64,000 bases of DNA from NCBI GenBank assembly GCA_973895155.1, contig OZ316899.1, positions 1,139,573 through 1,203,572 on the forward strand, given 5' to 3'. Source of the stretch: Marsupella aquatica. Its lineage: Eukaryota; Plantae; Marchantiophyta. How positions within the stretch are numbered: the first letter of the stretch is position 1; each line of letters begins with the position of its first letter. Below, piece after piece: positions 11,052 through 23,843 of the stretch. Made by a program: the position numbers and the translations under genes. The notes beneath the pieces are model-generated. The model saw only the letters and a list, made by a program, of their open reading frames with translations. It made no database searches and was not told the DNA's origin.

Positions 11052-14000
11052 ATGCACCCTGGTCACCACCCTCCCCAAACCCAGCCCAGGGCACAGGCAC
11101 TGCCTTTGCATCATCCCACAAGGATATCACGCCATGATAATAAGCTTTGGCAGCGTGAAAGGTTACGAACCAGACTTTCAGGAGCCAGTAGGATGAGATG
11201 TCCTTGTGCAATCTGCCAAGGATCCCGTACCAGGGGTCTGAATGAGGTTTGGCGGCATATCGCGGTTCATGGAAGAGATCCACGACATCGAGTTTGGAAT
11301 GATCCTGTAGAGGAAGATTCTTCCGACGAGGAGTGGAGGTTAGAATTTGATGCTGCCAATGCTGCAAGACGGGCAAGTGAGGTTCTGCCTGGTGCATTTG
11401 AAAATGTTGTAGCTGGTCTCTGTGGGTTGTCAGCTCTCCAACGGGATGGTCAGGCAGCACCACGTGACGAAGGAATTCATGTGGAAGAGATGGTGAGAGA
11501 CATCTTCCAAGACTTGGATGCATTTCATGATGGGCTGGACAACGAAGAGGATACAGCTGCAGATGCAAGTGTGCCCCCTGTCGAAGAGCCTCTTGATGAG
11601 TTTGAGATAGGGCAGGAAACCCCTGGGCATGATGGGATGTTTGGCTCTCCCCTGCAAATACAGGAAGGCAGGAAGTCTTTGTACCCCGGTAGCAAATGTT
11701 CTAAACTGGGATTTGTCATCATGTTCCTGAACATTTGCGGCAACCACAATGTCCCCAACGTTTTGGTTTCTGAGTTGTTGGCATTCTTGCAAACAACTGT
11801 GCTACCAGATGGTAATATTTTGCCCAAGAACATGTACGAGGCAAAAAGATGCATATCTAATCTTGGATTGAACTATGATTCAATCTATGCCTGTCCTGAT
11901 GGGCATGTTCTTTTCAGAAAGGAGTATAAAGAATCGTTGACATGCCCTAAGTGTGGGAAGCACAGGTATCGGAACTCAGGAAAGTCTATGGTTCCCGCCA
12001 AGGTACTTCGTCATTTTCCACTCATTCCTAGACTTCAGCGGATGTTCAGAAGCCGTGCCATCTCGGAGGTGATGACTTGGGCAACTGACAAGAAAAGTGA
12101 TGATGGGCTACAACGACATGCTGCAGATTCAAGGCAATGGAAACTCATAGATGAGATGTATCCCGAATTTGCTGCTGAGCCGAGGAATGTCAGACTTGGG
12201 CTGTCATTGGATGGGGTAAACCCATTTGGAGACAAGAACAACAAATTTTCGTGCTGGCCTGTAACTATTTTGAATTATAACCTTCCTCCTTGGATGACTA
12301 CAAAGCGATTTTTTGTTCTGATGGTCCTACTGATACCAGGGCCAGACAGTGTTGTATCTGCCAACATAGATGTGTTTCTGGCTCCCCTAGTGGAGGAATT
12401 GAGAAAGCTTTGGGAGGAAGGAGTTCTCACATATGATGTCCTATAGAGGCTTGGGAGGTTAAACCCATTCATCCTTAGAGCCATTGTCATTCTGACTATA
12501 GCTGACTACCCAGCCCATGGGATGATATCAGACCAAACAACAAAAGGATATTGTGCTTGTACTATCTGTGGGCACAATGTCACCAGTGAGTACTCCAGAG
12601 CCCTGCAGAAAGTGATATACATGGGCCATCGTCGTTTTCTGAAGGCAGATCACCCTTACAGAGAAAGACAGGCACTGATTGCACACTTTGGCAATGAGAT
12701 TGAGCAACGTGGACCCCCGGCACGAGTGACCAAAGAGGAGATCAGGCAGTGGGGAGCACTGAGGGATGACTATATCAAACGAGGGGGCAGGGAAGATGGA
12801 GTGAGTGATCCAATAAAGCGATATGGTGTAAAAAGACTGAGCATATTGGACTTGGAGCTCAAGTACTGGAGGGTAAGCCTCTTGGAGTTGATGCTAATTG
12901 GGATACATGTTTTGGTTCAGAGCATGTGCATTCATTTCGAAGAGAGAGACTAAACTTGAGGCATTTCCTGACGCTTTTGCATTGCAACGATGCAGGAGTT
13001 TGAGCCAAGCAAACATAACATTGATGTTATGCACATTGAAAAGAATATTTGTGAGAGTCTACTCAGATTCTTGTGTGGAGAGAAAGACACTGGTTCAGTG
13101 AGATTGGATCTTGAACAGAGGGGAATGAAACCCCATCTTTGGTTGAGGCCACATGCCCACAGAGCTGATGTGCTCTTGAAGTACCAAGCGCCCTATGTTC
13201 TGACAGACACAGAGTGGGAACTATTTGTGCAGAGGTTGAGTTCTTTGAAGGTTCCTTCAAACTATGGCAATGCTTTCAAGAAGCATATCATGACTAGAAA
13301 GCTTGGTAGTATGAAAAGCCATGACTACCATATGTTGATGCAACAGGTGTTGCCTTTATGCCTGAGGGGCCTGTTGCAGAAGCCTGTTCGTACTGTGATC
13401 ATGCGACTCAGTGATGTGTTTCGTCATATTTGTGTGAAGGTTTGGGATGAAACACACTTCCCACAACTGACAGAAGATGTCGCTCAGGTGCTGTGTGACC
13501 TGGAGATTTATTTTCCTCCCGCATTTTTTGATGTCATGACCCACCTACTTGTCCATGTTGTGGAAGAGCTACACCAATTTGGGCCTGTGAGTGCTCGTTG
13601 GTTGTACCCTTTGGAACGGTACATGAAGCTACTCAAAGGTCACGTGAGAACATATTACAAACCTGAAGCAAGCATGGCTAAAGGTTACATCAAGGATGAG
13701 ACTCTGGGATTTCTGACCGAATACATAGCACAATATGAGCATGTGAAGACCAGGGTGTGGAATTCTGATGAGGAGGAAGGGGTGATAGGTGAAGTACTGG
13801 AAGGGGCTGCAACCACAAAGAACCTGACCATATCTATGAGAGACTTGGCACATGACTTTGTATTGCACAACACTGTGGTGATGGAACCCTGGATACAGTG
13901 AGTGCATACATGTGCTATAATCCAGTTCATGAGCTTAAATGTTGTGTTCGTGTGGTTTTCTCCTTTAGCCTATTCATGTTTACCCAAGCTAATGCTGTGT

Positions 14001-14780
14001 GGTTGTTCGTTCAGGGAGTATGAGTCATTGAAGGCGGCCCATCCCACTGCAGGAACAACTTTTCCAGGTTTCATGGAGTGGATCAGAGTGGCAATTAGAG
14101 AGCATCACGAGACCCACCCAGACATGGATGCAGATGTTTACCTACTGTCTAATGCCCCTAGCCTGAAAGTGAAGACTTACAAACGGATGAGAGCATATGG
14201 GAATCACTTTCGAGTGAAGGATGGTGACAGTGCCTACAGGGTGACGAATGACTTCGGGATCATCACTGTATTTGAGCAACAGAGCCACAATCACGATAGG
14301 GCCTGGATGGAGATGGGATATGTGGGAGAATTAGTTGACATATGGGCTCTGGACTATGGGGCGGTGTCCAGTCCTGTGATTCTTATGAAAGGTTCATGGG
14401 TGCGGCAGGATTGGCTTGGTAATAGGGCTACCATGAAGAGAGACAATGACAGTTTCTTGCTCGCCAATTTCAGAGGGAAATTGCCCGAATGGTCTGAGCC
14501 ATTTGTGTTTCCTAGTCAGGTGGAGCAAGCTTTCTTCCTGGATGTGGAAGACTCCCCAGGTTGGCGTGTAGTGTGTCATAAATAGGCCAGGCAACGTCGG
14601 ATGGAAGGATCAAACCTTGAGTTTCATTTACACTCTCATAGTGCCTTTGATCGTCGGCGTTCAGACCAAGTGCCTGTAGTTCATGATAGCGGGGACTTCA
14701 TTCCTGTGACAAGGGTAGATGCATTTGCTGAAGGAGGCGAATTCAGAGATGCAGATGCCAACAGTGTGCCTGTACCATGA
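11052..14780 (+). pseudogene. CACTA TnpD-like transposase (transposase-associated domain, Transposase_21, DUF4218, DUF4216)
   Basis: Motifs CPCAIC, LSLDGVNPF, HNIDVMHIEKN, KSHDYH, FFDVMTHL and WLYPLERYM. Introns at 12873-12995 and 13898-14014. Premature TAG at 12444 and 14583. Confidence 0.93.
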
Positions 14781-14934
14781 GTAATGTGAATTGTTTGCAT
14801 GGACATTAGTGAGGGGAAGGATGTGTAATAAAGTAATTCTGAAGCAACACAGATGTATGGATGGATGCCTGGTGATTGTGGTTGCATTGTGTTATACGGG
14901 GTGATCATAGATGACATGTTTTTGTGGTCCAGTA

Positions 14935-17900
14935 GGATGGAACAGAGTGACACAGAGATGTGTGAGTATGAAAGGAAAGCTATGGAACAACGAGCATACG
15001 TGAAAGCCAAAATCGCAGAACTGGATCTGGAAAAGGATGTGGCTGAATTGTAAGGGAACGATTCTCAACTACACCCCTCCGCTGAGTTTGTGTGACATGA
15101 ATAGTTCAATGTGGCACTGAAATTGTGACTGTATTCTCATATTGGAATGTCGCAGAGCCACAGCATTTTCAAAGAAACAAAAGGAGTACGCAAGAAGGGT
15201 GACCAGCACTATCTCTGGGCCTGTGCGTCGGAGTGACAGGTTGAGCAAGAAGGTCGTACCTACAATGGCAGAATGTGGAGATGACATTGATGCTGCACAG
15301 GTGGGTGCAGACACTAGACAAGAAGATGCAGATGATGAGTATTTTCCAGAGGAAATGGATGAGGATGGGGGTTATGAAGATGAATACATTGCAGAGCAGC
15401 CCCAAAAGAAACAGGTAAGTAGTTTTCCCAACAAGGTTTTGAGTTAAAAACTCTTGTTTAGAGGTTTCATATGTTCAGTACTACACATATGTACCTTGCT
15501 TAGTTCCTGACATTGTAGTTGGTGATGTGATGCAGCGTCCTGCCAGTTCTGTTTTGCCTTCGAAGCCTGTGCATGCACCATACCAGCAGGGGGGGCTGAC
15601 CTCTGATCAAGGTTGGCAAGGTGGTAGTAGTGGTAGATCCCAGGCTGGTGCCCAATACTATGGCAGGGGGCAAGCTCTAGGTTATGCCCGTGGTAGAGGC
15701 AGAGCAGGTCCAAACCCACAATCTCGTGGGTATGGACGTCCACCTCAACCATGGGGATGTGAGTATATATCTATATGCCAGTTCTTTGTGAAGGCATGGC
15801 ACTCCTGAATTTCAGACTGCATATCAATTTTTGACATTGTTTGGGATGTATTGGATTCAGACAACATGAAATTCTGTCCACCTGCCATGCAGGCAGATTC
15901 TGCCCAACCTGATTGGGCAAATGCTAGTAATGATCAGTTCCAATGTCCACAAGGACAGACATGGGTTGAACCAGGTTGGGAGGATGGTGGTGGGTCGTGG
16001 AATGAACAAGGTTGGGAAGGTGGTGAAGGTAATTGGCAGGGATATCAAAATACAGTACCTACAAACGCTGGAAGAGGGGCAGGTAATGTCTGATCTTGTC
16101 AGCAATGGAAGAACTCATTATATCTGGAGTCCATTCACGTGGGGGGGACTCTGCACATGTATAATGATAGAAAATGTATGTGTGCAGGTTGGACAGTCGA
16201 ATCATCGACTCAAGTATTCACTAATGCCCCTATGCAGATGCAGCACGGAAGGGGGACAGGTATGTTGGTGAATGTTCAGTTGTTTTCCTACAGTTTGTAC
16301 TTAGTTTTCAGTACATATGTTTGCACACACATACCTAGAAAGTGACATCATCCGGCCCCTGTACTAGGCTGGACAGGTGGTCCAGGGTCGCAACAATTTC
16401 AGAGTGTAGTCCCTGCACAGGCATCTACAGGCAGAGCTACAGGTATGTATGTTTGAAGAATTTTTCTTGAAGTGAAGCATTGAATGTTGCCGTCATCCAT
16501 TCTGCTATATGTAGTTCTCAAGCATGAATGGCATTGTATTTTCCCAGGTGGCTTCAGAACCCCAGGTAGGGTGAATGAAGGGGTGGCCAATACAACGCCC
16601 AGTACTACCGAGAGCAGTGCACAAGGGGAGGTGACAAAGAAAGGGAACGTAAAGTTGAATGAGAGACAATGGGTGGATGCTGAGTGTCCTCGCAAGAACC
16701 GATGGCATGCTGATTTGAAAGCTAAAGTATTGCGTTGGTTAGATGTGAGTGTTATTAATTTTAAAAAACAGCATCCAAAAGATTGGAAGACTGTATGTGA
16801 AAATGTTGCTGCCAAATGGAATTATGTGGGCAGTGATGATGGCGTGGACATAGGTTGCCTAGAGAGTACAGCAGGTAAAATCATCAAGCAAGAGAGGTGG
16901 AGAATGCATAAGGCTTGGAAGGAAGGTGGGGAGAAGCCAGATATGCCTCCACCAGCCAGTTGTGATAATAAAGTGTGGGCAAGGTTAGTAGCTTATTTTG
17001 TAACAGATGCTTCAAAAAAGAAGAGTTCACAGATGACCGAGGCCAGGTTGAGTGTTCAGAACCCTAATCTGACAGGAAGGACCGGCACTGCACCGACAGC
17101 TAAACGTTTGGTAAGAATGAATGGCCTAGCTATGTAATTTATGCTACACTATGTACTGTTTTTTAGTGTAAACCCATACATGTAAAATTTGTTTTTTAGT
17201 GTACGTTCCCTGAATATTGATCGATAACTTGTGTTTGCCATGCATGTGCAGAAAGCCCAATTGGGGCAAAGCCCTTCAAAAGAAGAGTTGAGGGCTGAAA
17301 TTGTGAACACCCGGGCTCAAGAGGGTGCATCTGAATCCTCCAAGCATGTAAATTATATGAGTTCTGATTGGTAATTGAATGACCTGCGTTGAATTTCAGG
17401 TGTACACTGTATATAACATTGATTGTGCATATATTGCCCAACATTTCATATGGAGTGATTGAACCTATACCCCTGTGTCATGTAGGGAGGTGGATCTTCA
17501 CTTACAGAGATAAGTGGTCGTTTGAAGGCTGTCGAAACATGTCTTCCAGAGATCAATGAACGTTTGAATTCATTGACTGACTTGTTCCATGTGAACTTCA
17601 AGACATTAATGGAAGCTGTTGTGTCGGTGAGAGATAAAATTGATTCCAATTCTGCAGGAGTTCCACCATCACCACTTGAGGTGGCAAAGTCGATGCACTC
17701 TTCTGGCATGCCAACGACATGTAGGCTTGAAGGTAAGGCCTTTACAACTGTGTGGGATATGATTATTAAATGTATAGTTTGAATTGACATTGTTTGTTGA
17801 ATGTGTTATTTTTAGTAACATATATTGTGGTTGTTGTGTCCATAGAGAATAAGACAGGTGCTACAGAGAAGAAGTATGAGAACCTGGCAAATACTCGCTG

Positions 17901-18642
17901 TAATTTAGAGGCAACAAAGTTGCAGTCTGTAGAAGCAACTTGTTTGATAGAGGGCAGTCAACCATGTTTGGATGAGGATGACATTGGCAAGGGAGTGGAT
18001 GATATCAATGTTGGGGCAAATGAGGATATCAGCAAGCATGACAATGATACCATTGAGCCAGATTCATGCTATGTAGATCTTGACTCCATTGCAGAGATAA
18101 ATGATTTGCAGAATGTATCATTCTCAATGACAGGTGTGCCTCTTGTTGAGATAAATCCAACCAAAGAGTTAGTTGGTATGACACTCCCAGGTGATGAACC
18201 TGCTACTATGACAGTCCTAACAGAGGAACCTACTGAGCCTAGCTTCACTACTGTGAAGAGAGGAAGCATGCGCACATGAAGCAAGTCTGCTGGTGGGAGC
18301 AGAGCCACGTCAAAGGTTTCATACAAACCTCCAAGAATGGTGCTGGCAGAAAGATCTAAGGTGGAAGTGGGGAAAGTACCTAATGCTGAGGGACAAAGTG
18401 GCTTGTTAGCTCTTGATGAGAGTGGAACACGAGTAGGATTTGGCAGAGTGCAGGTTGGTTCCACAACGTTCCATGGCAAGAGGATTCCCCCAGGTTATTC
18501 AGTAGTGTTAGTCACATTACTAGTGAAACCTAAAGCTATCCTTCCCATTCCAAACACAAATGATGATCCTCCTCAAAAGACACTTGGAGATGCTGCAGGT
18601 TCTTTGGTATTATGGCCAAGCAAGTTCATAGAGGATCCATAA
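14935..18642 (+). pseudogene. Multi-exon CACTA TnpA-like gene (Transposase_24-like middle, Tnp1/EnSpm-like C-terminus)
   Basis: VWARLVAYFVTDASKKKSSQMTEAR exon (16484-17137) and terminal FHGKRIPPGYSVVLV...GSLVLWPSKFI exon (18337-18642). Many GT..AG pairs. Exact exon chain not resolved. Confidence 0.75.
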
Positions 18643-19139
18643 CAATGTCATGCCATTATTTGTTTGTAGTGTGAGTCATGTTATGTAGATTTTAGATGTC
18701 AAGAAGCAGTACAAGAATCATGTCCTCTTGGAGATTCATAGTATCATGCATGTGCTTTCAGTTATCTCATCCTACAGTCATCAATTATGAGTTCCTGTTT
18801 TGTCTGAATTACATTGATCACATTGTAAACTATTCCATTGGAATTCAAATGATCTTCATTTTTTAGCAAGATTGTGATTGTGTTTAATTCTTATGAATGT
18901 TTTATGTAGGATCTGCTTATATGATGCTTTGTTTCATGTGGATGTCATTCATGCTATGTTCATTTCTTGTATTCAATGTGTTATATTTCTAAAGTTAGAA
19001 CATCAGGTTTCTATGTATTGTAATGTCGAGTGCTCTCTCTCCTTATGAACTGTCCCTCTGTGTTCATTAGTCATGGTTATAACTTGCATGTGAACCTAAT
19101 TAGTTATAAACATGAGTATATAGAGTCCCAAATGGTTCT

Positions 19140-19470
19140 GTTGTGTGACGCGGGCCAGGGTCTCCATTGGTCTCTCCTGTGACACTAAATGGTCACACGC
19201 TAGTCGTTGTTGAATGCGGGTAAGTCATGTATGTGACTTACGATGTGACTCGCTGAAGTCATATTGCAGTCACGTCGAAACAAGGCTAGACTCCACAATA
19301 AAGTCACAAATCAATCACAAATGGGTATCAAGCAAGTTGCAAAGCCCAGTATCAATAGTGACTTCCATTTTTTGGTCTCAACTTTTGCAACTCCAAGGGT
19401 CACAGCGTGGGTCAAGTCACGTTGAGTCACAATGAAGTCACATGAGCCAAAATGAGTCACATATTGCGGT
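19140..19470. repeat. CACTA subterminal repeat cluster (GTCAC/GTGAC in both orientations)
   Basis: Dense TGTGAC, AGTCAC and GGTCAC copies just inside the right TIR. Confidence 0.75.
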
Positions 19471-19486
19471 CTCAGTTCACCTCGGA

Positions 19487-19497
19487 TTCTTCTAGTG
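19487..19497 (-). repeat. Right CACTA terminal inverted repeat
   Basis: TTCTTCTAGTG followed by the TSD TCT. Confidence 0.95.
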
Positions 19498-21636
19498 TCT
19501 CCACGCAACCGCTAATGGACTTCATGGATGCAGAACTAGCTATGGGTAGACTTGCAGGGATACAGGTTTCTGAGGCACTTACAATTTGTTATCGTTTCTT
19601 CGCGGATGATTTGGGGGTGTTTATGCCTGCCATGGAGAGGAATTTTCAACAAGTTACTGTAGTAATTGAGTGCTATGAAGCTGCCACGGGGGCCCGACTC
19701 AACTTGAGGAAATCGATAATAATCCCGGTTGTTCTGGGGGACATACCGAGATGGCTCAGGGACACGGGATGTATGATCAGTGGAAGGGGGAGTTACAGAA
19801 ATACCTTGGGGCTCCATTAGGCGTTGACTTGAAGACTAAGCAGCTGCATAGCTTTGTCCTGGACAGAATTGGACAGAGACTATCCTCATGGGCTAACAAG
19901 CTTTTGACATTCATAGGACGATCTCTGCTGGTGCAACACATCCTACAGGCTATCCCGATTTATCACTCCATGTTCCTCAAAGCATCCTCTGGATTGGCGA
20001 GGAAAATGATGGCGCTGTGTAGAGACTTCTTATGGGGATATAATGCGGAGGGGGGACGACGGGTGCCATTGGTATCTTGGGCCAGGCTGTCCCGCCCACA
20101 GACTGAGGGGGGGTTGGGGATTAAGGACTTTAGGAGTCACTCGGATGCGCTGCTGGCTAAATGGTTCACTGGATCGCTTGATCACCTTGAGTCAGAATGG
20201 GCTTGTATGTTTGCGGAAAATTTAAATCTGATCGGATGGACAAATTACAAAGTGGTAAGACGAAACAAATACTCTTTTTTGGGACAAGATGTTACTCTGC
20301 AGTCCGGGGGCACTCCATGGATTGGCTTACACGGGAGGACTTTGGAAGGCATGGGATTTGCTGCGGTCAAATCTGATATTCTGTCCAACGGATAGGATAC
20401 CGGGGAGGTGGTCGGTTGGGGATGTACTCCGGTGCCTGAAGGGCTTTCAGTCTTGGAGCAACGCGGATATGGCTGCTACCACGGTGCTCTATGGGAGACT
20501 GGGTATAAGATGTATACAGGACCTCTGGTCGGAGGACAGACAGGAGTGGCAAAGGATGGAAGGACGATGGGAGCATCTGAGGGGACTCACACCTGAGCAC
20601 CTGACTCTAGGCAGGAATTTTATGGAGGCCTTGTATGAAATTGCACATTGTGAGTGGAGATATGAACCAGGACCCGATTGCTGGTGCTGGGCTGATAATT
20701 CCGCCCCTTTGAAGTGCTTCAAGCACCCCAATCGGAGGGCTTACCACCTACTTCAACCTGTGCTAGGGGATGCGCCCAGTCTGAATAGGACGTGGGGTAC
20801 AGGTAAGACTGAGATGGAATGGAATGTGTGTTGGGCAGGTATGTGGGCGGCAAGCATGTCACTGCGGGCCAAGACCTTCATGTGGAGAGTAATAGCTTCG
20901 GGGCTGTTTACTGGGGTGAGGGCGGTTAAGATCGGTCAAGAAAGTGGGGATTGCAAGCTATGCCCGGGAATACTTGAGTCCAATCCGCACTTATTTATGG
21001 ATTGCCCACATGCACAGAAATGTTGGGCTCTCTGTGCACAAGGCTTTGGGGGAATCTTTGCTGGATACACGGGGGGACTGATTGGGCTGGTGGATTCTGC
21101 AATTGGAAGGCGCCACAACAAGACTGTTATGATGGTAGTACTTTTTCAGATGTTGTGGGCTTTGTGGCTGGGGCGGAATGAGCATATGTTCCAGGTTGAT
21201 GGGAGTAGGAAGTTAGACTTCAGATTCATACTGTCGGAAGCAGCGGATCATGTCTCTGCTGTTTTAATTACATTGCCAGTTTGTAACCGGAAAACTCGAT
21301 TATTGAGGGCTAAGGAAATGATTAATAGGGAACGGATTGCATGGATGAGGCGTAGGGATGTATGGATCACTTCAGGATAGGACAATATGATCTGGGGGAA
21401 TTCTGGTAGGAAGACAGGATGACAACAGTAGCTGCTTGCTTGGTTGTTTGGAGGGGCTGTTCGCATATGTGGCTCTTGTGACCCGCCTTGGGGTCTGGGC
21501 CATCTAGTCTGGGTTACTTTTTGGCTCTTTTTGCTGTTTGGTGCTTGGAATTGTCTTTTGGTTCTGTCTGTGTCCTCTGCCACGGGGTTTTCGTGGCCAC
21601 CATTTAAAAAAATATACAAAATGTTGTAAGGAAAAA
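19498..21636 (+). pseudogene. L1-like LINE ORF2 3' part (RT C-terminus, zf-RVT) plus 3'UTR and A-rich tail
   Basis: FFADD catalytic motif, KYLGAPLG, RAKTFMWR...CKLC...HLFMDC. Frameshifts present. Stop at 21380. A-rich tail about 21605-21636. Confidence 0.92.
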
Positions 21637-22090
21637 CTGAGAACATTTTGTCCTTGAGGACCAAGAAAGTGGGGTCTGCTTCACATTCGGCTTCAAACAA
21701 TTGGTTCTCCGCAACCCAAATTGGATCCCAGGTGCTCCGAATTTCATCTAAACACAACTGTGGAGCACCTTTGGCGTTGGAAGGTTGGACAAAAAACCGC
21801 ATGCCTATGGACGAATTGTACCCAGATGTCTTGAAGGAGTCCTTCAGCTTCTTGATGATTGACTATTCCTCTGAAGAGTGCGAACGACCTCCATATGAAC
21901 GAGATGGCATAACGGAATCCGCGGTGGCTCCTTCGGTAATCCATTCGCATCAATGCCAAACGACATGACGTGCTTTTCTATCACATCGACCACTGATTTC
22001 TCAATATCTTTGGCGTTCTAGACAGCAAACTCACCGACCTGCTCCATTTTTGCTTGCCTTGGTTTTGGACACGGAAGCTCTACCTGACTG
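21637..22090 (-). pseudogene. ParB/sulfiredoxin-like domain gene fragment, truncated by the LINE
   Basis: RIPLCHLVHMEVVRTLQRNS/IKKLKDSFKTSGY...RFFVQ...WDPIW...LKDKMFSVF resembles the first half of a ParB-like fold seen in bryophyte hypothetical proteins. The diagnostic GxHR motif would lie past the LINE junction and is not visible. Confidence 0.45.
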
Positions 22091-22642
22091 AGGGATACTA
22101 CGTAGTGGAACGAGTTATCCTTTGACTCAAAACACAACTAGAATACGACGACTCTGAAGACTGAGAATGGTTTGGTGACCCAGATCCCATTTCGTTATAC
22201 TCTCCCACCCACTGTGTTGCGATGTACTCCCGTGCAAGTTGGAATCATACGGGAGTTCAGTCAGGAATTAGTTTGGGAGTTCGGAGACACTTACTCGTGT
22301 GGAGTTCATGTACGTCTGCCCGCAACGATACCAACGCAATTGAGGCAAATCTTCCACACCTGAAACAACTCTGGAAAGCCCGAAGTACCTTCAATGTACG
22401 GCCGTTGGAAATATTTGTGATGGCATACTCAACCGAGAAGGGTATCTAAGGTCTGGAGGACCGTTAAACAAATAAGTGTTTAGAGGTCAAACTCGACAAA
22501 CACCTGGAGAAGATTGGACCATTGATTAAGTCTCAGATGGATCGACCAAGGTTCAGCGGAGTTGTGTGAAGGTATCCATTGAAGTGACCGTTACTAAACC
22601 CCAAGGATACAAATGGATCCAGCCAGCAAAAGAGCCACATAT

Positions 22643-23299
22643 ATCCGTTCAAGTTACCGTTGAATCATGGGTGTTCCATAGATAGCGCCCGACGCTAGCA
22701 TTGGGGGTTATATTTATGGGACATTGTCGTCTCCAATAGATCATATAGATCAAAATAATTTCCCATATGAAACACATTTTGGCACGCTTACTTTACTAGC
22801 GCCCGACGCTAGCCAAAGATCCCAATATATACATTTAAGTTACCGTTTAATAATGGGTCTATGATAGATAGCGCCTGGAGCTAGCAAAAGGGTCTCATAT
22901 ATCCGTTCAAGGTACCGTTTAAGATTGGGTCGTTGATATATAGCGCCCAGCGCTAGCATTGGGGGTTATCTTTATGTCAACAATGTCGTTTCTATTAGGT
23001 CCAATTGATCAAAATCATTTCCCATCTGAACCACATTTTGACACTCTTACTTTATTAGCGCCAGTCGCTAGCCAAATATCCCAACCTATATCTGTTCAGG
23101 TTACCGTTTAATAACGGGTCTTTATTAGATAGCGCCTGGCGCTAGCATTGGGGGTTATCTTCATAGATGATATTTGAGTCAAACTTTGCCACTCGTACTT
23201 TGCTAGCGCCTGGCGCTAGCAAAAGAGTCCACTCAAGAAACTCTCAATTGTTTCACGACAAACCGAAACATTATAGACATTGGATAGTGCCAGGCGCTA
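22643..23299. repeat. Array of eight 15-bp palindromes (consensus TAGCGCCWGGCGCTA) within a ~258-bp higher-order repeat
   Basis: Copies at 22683, 22797, 22869, 22941, 23056, 23130, 23204 and 23285. Spacings 114, 72, 72, 115, 74, 74, 81. Confidence 0.92.
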
Positions 23300-23417
23300 C
23301 CATTCAAAATTTCATTGAATTTATATGAATTGTGTTCACTTATGATACAATATCTCATAGACTGTCAAATTGTAATGCCGTTAGAAAACGACAAACATTC
23401 ATTGATGGCCGGCCATT

Positions 23418-23843
23418 TTGTCGTACTTTCAACGGTTCAATTCGCCACAAATGAATTGTCCGGAACCAAAATTCAGGAAATCATTCTCGATGGATTTGCT
23501 AATTGTAATCTCTCGCTCTCCGCCTGGAGACCTAGTGTCAATCCCTCTCCCAAGTCCTAAGCAACATGATCATATTTCTGAGGAATTTCTTGCCACCAGG
23601 TTTGGAATCCTTGGTGTGAGTATACGCAGAATCATGATCTCAGGATCAGATGTGGTTGTTGATGCTCATGTCACTGGAGGAGTTCGGCATTGGAGATTGT
23701 GCGGTGGTGTGAGGTACGACATTGTTAGTTTAGGGAAATTTGAGGTACCATCCTTGTTGTCAAAGGATATGATGAAAGTAGATTTGATTGATCCAAGAAA
23801 CTTTTCACAAAAACGGAGACCTTCTACTGTCTCCTTTACTTGA
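23418..23843 (+). pseudogene. Hypothetical ORF, possibly the 5' part of the SWIM gene at 35023
   Basis: 141-aa ORF that ends at the element C boundary. The link to 35023 is inferred from the nesting only. Confidence 0.3.

Larger units (their letters stand above)
1144..19497 (+). mobile_element. CACTA/EnSpm DNA transposon, 18,354 bp, with cargo genes
   Basis: Starts CACTAGAAGAA and ends TTCTTCTAGTG. 3-bp TSD TCT (1141-1143, 19498-19500). Removing it restores the LINE frame LFVIS-TQPLMDF. TnpD- and TnpA-like genes lie inside. Confidence 0.97.

Noticed and set aside
22643-23299. CRISPR-like array (palindromic repeats at regular spacing)
   Set aside because: The intervening sequences are homologous to one another, spacing varies from 72 to 115, there are no cas genes, and the context is eukaryotic.
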